DNA of 56,911 nt, the filler included, from Sphacelaria rigidula (Eukaryota): the NCBI GenBank assembly GCA_964200075.2. It is 7 parts of 7 records of this genome, joined end to end, with 100 filler letters (N's around TTAATTAATTAA, not from the genome) between each part and the next. Parts side by side here need not be neighbours in the genome. Positions count along the whole stretch, not along the records: positions 48,868 to 56,911 come from CAXNAA020012526.1; 6 more parts are not named here. One strand, written 5' to 3'. Made by a program: the position numbers and the translations under genes. How positions within the stretch are numbered: position 1 is the stretch's first letter; the number at the start of each line of letters is the position of its first letter. The notes beneath the pieces were generated by a model that saw only the letters and a program-made list of their open reading frames with translations, had not been told where the DNA came from and did no database searches. This document shows, in pieces, positions 49,180-56,911 of this stretch.

Positions 49180-52100
49180 GGAATCGCCGCCGCTTCCCTG
49201 ATGCACGTCCCACTCTAGACGTGCGTAACAGAGCCTGCCGCGCCAAACGCCACATCTCCGGCGGAGTCAGTCCATTGTTTCGATGAACATTATTTCGACC
49301 TCACCTCTGCGACTCCTCCCCAGGTCCACCCCGTGGATCCTGCCCAGTCAAATTCCGACCCTCCTGCTGAAGTGCTTTAACGCTTATCCCTAGATTCTCG
49401 GAATAATTTCTTGCAGATGGGGCACCAACTGCCGCCGCACATGCGCGACGTCAATTTTGACCTTCATGGGCCCGGCTGGGAACCGGCAGTCATCCGAGAA
49501 CTCAGAGATGTCCTGCTACAGTACCAAGACCGATTTTCCCGATCCAATACGGATCTTGGGCATTGCAAAACGCTGCCCTTTGAGGTTACCCTCCAACCCG
49601 GCATCTCGCCGATCTCTTCTCGACCATACCGAACTAACCCAATCCTTACCAAGAAGGTTAACGCCGTCTAGGATGCGTATTTGAGAGCGGGACGAATACA
49701 ACATTCCTCCTCTCCTTGAGCCTCGTCACTTGTGGTCGTTCCCCAAACGGATGGAAACATACACATAACCGTGAAATATCAACGATTAAACCGCGTCACT
49801 GTAGTCGGTAAACTTCCAATTCCCTGCATTGATGAAGTCTTCGACTTGTTAGGCGAAGGTCAAATATTCAGCACCTTCGGCCTCGCTTCTGGAGTGTTTT
49901 CAGAATGCTATACACCCTGACAGAGTCCCACTGACGGCCTTTTGTACCTCGTCCGGACTCTATGAGTGGCTTCGGATGCCACAAGGCGCCGCCACTGCCC
50001 CGGGATGCTTCCAACGCTTGATGCAGCGCGTCATCGAGGGCCTCGAGCACATCATCATGTACCTGGATGACGCTATCGCTTTCGATGCCTCACCTATTAC
50101 ACATATCCGCACGGGACGACAATATCTCTCTCGCCTACGCACACACGGTTTGAAACTGTCCCCATCCAACGCTCGCCTTGGTGCGACTGACTTAGATCTC
50201 CTGGGACATTCCATTTCGCCAGCAGACCTGCATCCGGATACAAACAAAGTCAAGGCAATGACTGACTTGCCGATGCCAACTAACATTTCTCAACTTCGCT
50301 CACTGTTGGGCGGACTATCCTACTACCGAAATGTTTTACCGAATTTCTCTCAACGGATTCGCCCCCTCACTGAGTTACTCAAGAAAGGAGCCGTGGTTTC
50401 CTTCACAACCGATATGGAGAATATGACCCGCGAATTATTCAAAACGCTTACCGAAAAGCCGGTACTTTGCTTTCCTGATTGGGAGGCAGTACAAGATGGC
50501 TCTCGCCTTCTCCAACTCCACACTGACACCAGCACAAACGGATTTGGAGGAGTTTTGAATCAATTTCGGGTTGATGGCTCCGTCCGACCCATCCTCTATA
50601 TCAGCCGCGCTGACCTGCCCAACGAGGCCAATTGGAGTCCGCTACAACTGGAAGGCGGAGTAATCACTTGGGCCATTAAGCGCCTTCGACAATATGTGTT
50701 TCACGTGCCCTTTGAGATCTATACGGATCATGGAGCATTCGAACAACTCGCCAAGGTTGGCGAACACAACCCGCGTGTACAACGATGGTTGAAGTTTCTA
50801 ACACCATACCAGTATACCATTAAGCACCGTCCAGGCAAAACCAACGGGGACGCTGATCTTCTTTCTCGCCTACCCCTGCCGCCTACGGCCGCAGATTCCA
50901 GCCCGGCTTGTCGTTTAACGAAACCCGATGAACCTGGAATTTACGCGACTAGACGTTTTTCAACGTCAGTTTACGCCCTCGACCTCCAGTGCCCAGACAC
51001 TGGTGTGCGTATGGGAGGACCTCGCCCTCTACCAAATGACACCGCCTTGGGTGGGTTGAAGCCCACTACCTCCGATTTTGTCGATTTCCGCACTTTCGGT
51101 ACTCGCGCGAAGCTCTTCACGGAGACACCTCCAGTCACCCACCTACTCTCCGACAACACGCGCTCCCGGTCTGCCGCCCGCACCATCCCGAGTGCCCCGC
51201 CGCCACCGATAACACCTGCCAATTCCACGAGCCACGCAGCACAGGTTTCACGGGCCAGCACGCAACGCTCCGCGAAAACTCCTGCCACGGGCACCACGCG
51301 CCGCGAACGATCTTCGCCGCGCACTGATATAGCCCCGTCGCCCATACCGGCGCCACCAACATCTACCGCTCCCGAGCATGGAACTGACGATTCAGCCCCT
51401 GCTCCCGGGATAGATATTGACGTCGGCATCTCTGCCTCGTCGCCTATTCCCCCGCTGCCTACCCCGTCATGTTTGGTCGGCTCGCCAGCGGAAGGTCAAC
51501 TACGCGAGTTTCTCGCCAGCTACGCTCACTCGCGAACAAAACGTGGAACCGCTATGTCGCGCAGCCATTCGGTACTTCCAACTCGACTGTCCAGTCCCTT
51601 TTCCATCCGCCCTTCTGGCCCCGGTTGGGACGCTGCCACCACCAGTTATTTCTGACGTATACGAGCTCGTGCGTAAAGGCACCCTTTTCACTACGGATGA
51701 AGGTGTGCAATTACTCGTGCGTCGCCCCACGCCTTTGATAGGCGCGATTTCCGTCTCAACCGCAGGACGCCACACACGACTACTCGACGACGAACCAGCG
51801 CGCAAATATGTCCCATTATTAATGCGCCCCTGGGCCATTAAAGGCTGCCACACAGACTTGGTATGTCACCTTGGCGTCACCCGTACCCTAGCGCTCTTGG
51901 AACGCTTCTACTGGTGGGTTGGCATGGAAATTTCCACCCGCTTCTGCATTCGGCGATGCTTTAAATGCCAAGCCCGAAAAACTCCACGGCAGACAGTGCG
52001 CTAGCCCGTCATCTCTACGGGACTCCCCAACGAGCCAGGCCACCTGGCGCCCTTTGACTACTTTGGCCCTCTACCGACCACAGGTCGCGGCAACACCTAG

Positions 52101-54914
52101 ATCTTACTCTTCACTGACCACTTCAGTCGCCACGTGTCTATGTACGCGGTAACCGCTGCAGGTTTCACTGCCGCCGGAACGGCCGACATATTGGTCTACG
52201 ACTGTATTAAGCACTACGGTTGCCCGAATCGACTCATTTCAGACAATGGTCAGCAATTTTGCTCAGATCTCTCTGATGAGCTTTACAAGCTCCTAGGCAT
52301 CCTCAAAATTGCTACGAGCGCCTACCACTCAAACGATAACGGTGGTACCGAAATACTTAATTACACCATGGCTCAGATGCTCTCTATGGTTGTCAATGAC
52401 CGCCAAAATTACTGGGGCCTACATCTCTCGCACATCATGTTGTCCTACAACAACTCGGTTAACGCCGCTACCCGCCTTTCTCCGAACAAACTCCATCTTG
52501 GACGTTATCCTCGGCCGCCCATCACCGTGTTTGAGCGACACACGTTCGATGGCCACCAAGGATTGGATCAGGATCAGATTATTTATCACGAGCTAGCGCA
52601 CTCACGACAACGCAAAGTGTTTACCCTTGTGCGCAAACAACACGCTATCAATGCCTCGCGCCTGAAGAGATCTAACATTGCTCCCTACAACCTCATGCCC
52701 AAAGACCCCAACTGGAAAGTTGGTGATTGGGTTTGGATCTACAACAGTTTGTCGACCATCCGCCAAGGCACCAGCAAGGCAGCCAACGAAACAGTTTTGA
52801 AGACAAAATGTCCTTCAATTTGACAGGACCATTCAAGATCCTGGCAGTCGGACCATCGCCATCATCACCGGATGACAAACCCGTAGGTGACGAACTGCTC
52901 TATCTCGACCTGCCTCGCGACTTCTAGATCAAGGACACCAAACCCCGCGTCTCGGTGCACAGATGCAAACCCTGCACGAACCCGCATGATACAAGCGGCA
53001 TGCCCAAGTACCTGCCTGCCGGACTCACACAGAATATTCTCAACAGCTACTCGACCAAGTCCCCGCCCTACCATGTTACCACCGACGACGTAACGGAACA
53101 GCCCCTCCCATTGACCGTGTCCACCATCTCCGCCCACCAGATAAACCGTGGTCGAGGTGGCAAAATTGCTGTCATGTACAAGACCCACTGGCACGGTCTC
53201 CGGAGAGCGTCTTGGGAACGCGAATCCGACCTTCCATTGCACCGCCGTGCAATCCTTCTGCACTGGACGCAATCCCAACATCAGCATCTTGCTCACAACA
53301 AGAAATATCGCAACATGCGTTGTGGCACAGCAGCCCATGAACTTCACTGCGATCAGGGACTTCGCTTCGTCGCCAATGGTTACCAACTTGTACCCACCAA
53401 GACTTGTAAGACGAAGTTCTTCGCAAACCAGCGAATATTGCCCAAGGGCAGCTACCTTTGGTTCAAAGGCAGCTACAACCTCTGGTTGGGTGAGAACAAC
53501 TCGGCTAACCTGGTTTCTGCCGACACATACATCGTGCGCTTCATCTATGACCCTGGACCCATAAAGCTCAAGCTCCGGCCAGCACTATACACCGCCAGCC
53601 CATCTGCACCACGCGGATCCTGGTGCCTCCAGCGCCTTAAGTCCAGAGGACTTCGCCGCGGTCTCCAGCGCAACGTCGACCACACCCACGACGTCCATGC
53701 CCCGTTTTGAACCACGCTCCTTCGCTGCAACTGTTGCCCCATCTTCTGTTGCATTGTTTGTCCTCCCTTCTTCATTGGGACCCTACTCTACGACATCCAC
53801 AACAGGACAACGTACATCGGACGACGATCGAAGAACTACTGGAGCCAACCACCACCTACGACTACTGGAGCTTTTGTATCTCCTTCCGGCTGGCGCTCGA
53901 TCTCGTTGGATCATATATCTCCAGGTTTTGCTTCCGGCCAACATGCGTTGGTCGCATTCTGATGTTGCCGGGGTTTTTTTCTCTTTGGATTCCCCCAGGT
54001 TGAAGCTCTACTCCCTGTTGTACCTTTGGATTCCCCCAGGTTGAAGCGCTGCTCCGGTTGTGCCTCCCCGTTTTCCCCCTTCGTTTTACTAGGATGCCGA
54101 AGCAATTTGTGCTTTTTCGTTGATCGCTAGCACACAGAAGCAGTTTATGCTTCCGCATTTCGAAGCAGTTTCTCTCCTCCTTGAAGCAGTATATGCTTCC
54201 CTTTTTTTGAGGTGTGGGAGTGGGTACGGGAATGTTGGGTACGGGAGTGTTTCCTTAGGTATGCTTTATTAGCCGCTAATGACTTTACGGGTAAAGAAAA
54301 ACCTTAGTGTTCGCTGCTTTGAGGATGAATCTTCGCAGCTGTAATAAAGACTTGTCTGGGTGAAATAGTGTCATGAGGACGCATAGTAGCCTGTTATCAT
54401 GCCGCCTCAGATCCCTGATGAGTCAGGCCTTATTTTTGCATTTCTGGTATCCTCAGACGTAAGACTGCAGGTCTGTTCAGAGTTGGTTAGGTACGAGTGT
54501 GAATTTGTATATGGCAGATACGATGGTGGTAAGACTGCAGGTCTATTCAGAGTTGGTCAGGTACGAGTGTGAATTTGTATATGGCAGATACGATGGTGGC
54601 TCGAGTGTGCTTTTGTGCAAGAGAGAGTCACCCTCCTTCATTGCCGTATACTGATCCTCTCTCAGCTAGAAGTCTAATTCCGGTGAGACTGATAAACTGA
54701 GCGTGAGATTGGATTGATTGCGTGGATACTGAAAGATCGAGACCAGATAATTATGAAGAAGACATAACTTACGCGTGAGACTTGGTATCCTGACACGTCT
54801 TGTGTGAGGATGGTGCATAGTGTAAGAGTACACTGAGTAGTACCTTGTGGTTTGGCTGTACGGTCTGTCGACTGTCTACTTGCCTTGCCTTGTGAGCCTG
54901 TGCTTGCCATAACA
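49180..54914 (+). mobile_element. 5'-truncated Ty3/gypsy (chromovirus-like) LTR retrotransposon
   Basis: RT-RH-IN order, purine-rich tract at about 54210-54247, and a probable 3' LTR from 54233 or 54248 to about 54914 containing a 70-bp tandem duplication (54459-54598). Gag and the 5' LTR are missing, so the LTR ends are inferred. Confidence 0.88.
49380..53710 (+). pseudogene. Gypsy pol: RT, RNase H, integrase and chromodomain-like C-terminus (stops and frameshifts)
   Basis: LYEWLRMPQG and MYLDD (RT); LHTDTS and IYTDH (RNase H); H....H...CFKC zinc finger, DYFGPLP, SDNGQQF and GPF (integrase); VSTISAH...YKTHWHG....SWERESDL (chromodomain-like). Confidence 0.95.
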
Positions 54915-55903
54915 GCACCGTAACCCCATTACACAATTGTATGAATGATGAAATCTTGAAACCGTGACAACCATCTGCTTCAAAGCTTCCCTTGCGAATC
55001 ATCTCTTCACTCGCTAACTTTGAAAGGGAGGTCTATTTCGGTCGGGTCTTGGACCTCTTCTCTTCTGGCTCCTCTGTTGCCTCCGGGTGTGGCAGTCCCT
55101 TAACAGAAAGGATGTACTGGGAGTACCCCGCTTGCTGTGGTGTGACCTACGGTATGGTTTTCACAACCTATTCCAGTTATTTGAGTCCCGTCGAGCTGTG
55201 TACAAAACAGGCGCACGCGCGAGTCAAGGCCACTTTTGACTGACTTTCAAAGAACAACGAAAGGGAACTAACCGTATTGGTTGGGGAACTCGAATATTTC
55301 TGTACAACGCGTTGATGATATCTCAATGTTCCTTATTTCCAGATGTGAAACGCACCTCGACATGAAAAGTACGTCGACGTGTAATATAAGCAGCCATTCC
55401 TGGCAAAGCTACGATTCACACGTGGACATTCGGCTTCTTCTGTAGGGCACATGGGACGGTACCCTGCCTGTTATGTGATAGGGACTTTGCAGTTACGGAT
55501 TCACCATGTCTGGATACAGACCGGCGGGTACTAGAATTTTATATCGTGAGCGAATATTTCAGCGGCATATGGATCTACCACCCGCTAGCTGATGGTTTGA
55601 TACGTGCATTGTTGGTCGCTATCGTATCGGATGACGTGGATTTATCGGAGTTCAAATGTAGATATATACGTAAGCTTGTTTGAAGTTGCGTAGCTACGTT
55701 TCTGAGTTATGACTTTGAGTGGAGACATATCCGGGGACTGGTTTGACAGGCCTGTGTTCGACTCCTTTGGAATCACTTTCTCATCGCCCCAAGGCTCCAG
55801 CAGTAAGGTAGAGGACTAATCGATACTTCGCCCAGCGTCTGATAGACTTCAACTATACTCAGGATGAAGGAGACTTTAAGTGAGTCTCCCCTGAGTGTAC
55901 CGT

Positions 55904-56113
55904 TGTAATGCGTCAGAGGACCGCGGGCTTAGAGGACCGCGCCGTAGGTCAAAACACCCCAGGATCGACGTTTTTCAAACCAATCGGGCCAGTCCCTGGA
56001 GGTACCACGCCCCTGACCATAACCCCAACACTAACCCTAACCCCAACCCCAACCATGGGAATGCTCAAGTTCCGATGCGGTCCTCTAAACATGCGGTCCT
56101 CTCACGCATTACA
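55904..56113. mobile_element. Second copy of the telomere-repeat-containing MITE
   Basis: Same TIRs and internal AACCCTAACCCC tract as 3457-3673. Confidence 0.85.
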
Positions 56114-56299
56114 CCACATTATTCTGTCCTGCTCATTTCTCTTTGTTCATGTCTGTTTAATGGCTCCCGCCAGCTGAACACACATCCAACTGTAGCTAGC
56201 ATTTCATCAGAAAATCATTGATCCTTTGGACTCGTCATCACCTTCCTGCCCTTGGCAGCTACGGTGACAATCCTTCAATCACTTGACAGACAATCACAT

Positions 56300-56690
56300 A
56301 AAATGAGGTTCATCAACTAAATGAGGTTCGAGCCCAAAACAGTACTTTCTCTACACTTTCAGCGATGGTGCCCAATGACTTTCTTGTCGGCCTAATGCCC
56401 CTCGATCGCATAGATACTTCTTCAGCGCATTTTATCGACTCTATGAGCTCACAGCGCTGTCCGAAACCGCCATTTCTACTTCTTTTTTTGGGGGGGAGGG
56501 GGTGATATCAGGGAAAACAGCGGTTTCGGTCAGCGCTGTAAGCTCACAGAGTCGGTAAAATGCCCTGAAGAAGTATCTACGCAATCGAGAGGCATTAGGC
56601 CGACAAGAAAGTCATCGGGCATCTTCGCTGAAAGTGTGGAGAACGTACTGTTTTGGGCTCGAACCTCACTTAATTGATGAACTTCATTTT
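56300..56690. repeat. Long foldback with arms of about 177 bp and a 36-nt loop
   Basis: 56300-56476 is an imperfect reverse complement of 56513-56690. Confidence 0.9.
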
Positions 56691-56911
56691 GTAGATTTGT
56701 CTGTTATTTGACATGCTAAGGTTGGTCACTTTGACGGACCTACATCTAATTGGCCATACCATTCATTAAGGGGTCACAAAGAAACAGCCAATAATCGAAG
56801 CTGAGTATATCAACAAATTGTGCGAATTGAGGTTCATCAACTAAAAACAGCCAATCATCTATGTTGAGGATGGTGCTTTTGATTGAGGATGAGAACCCGG
56901 AGGATTAAAAT

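Noticed and set aside
48006-54914. Gypsy element apparently inside a STRAP intron
   Set aside because: An artificial linker at 48768-48867 separates them, so they are on different contigs.

Overview
Eukaryotic, repeat-rich sequence that looks like brown alga (Phaeophyceae). This is inferred from intron style, the STRAP gene and the TE families. The window is not a contiguous locus: it is seven contigs of 8045, 8045, 8045, 8044, 8044, 8044 and 8044 bp joined by identical 100-nt N-TTAATTAATTAA-N linkers, so adjacency across gaps means nothing. Best-supported content: a full-length but frameshifted Ty1/copia LTR retrotransposon (9907-16045, minus); a 5'-truncated Ty3/gypsy element (about 49180-54900) whose integrase ends in a chromodomain-like module followed by a possible Tudor/PWWP-like module; the first three exons of a STRAP-like WD40 gene (44543-48005); and exons of unidentified genes. 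Repeats include seven 3' ends of an RTE-type LINE, mostly ending in C-runs rather than poly(A), a tRNA-derived SINE family, chains of very small piggyBac-like and Harbinger-like MITEs, and a 3.6-kb interleaved inverted duplication (A-BC-A'-C'B'). No CRISPR array, rRNA or intact tRNA gene was seen.
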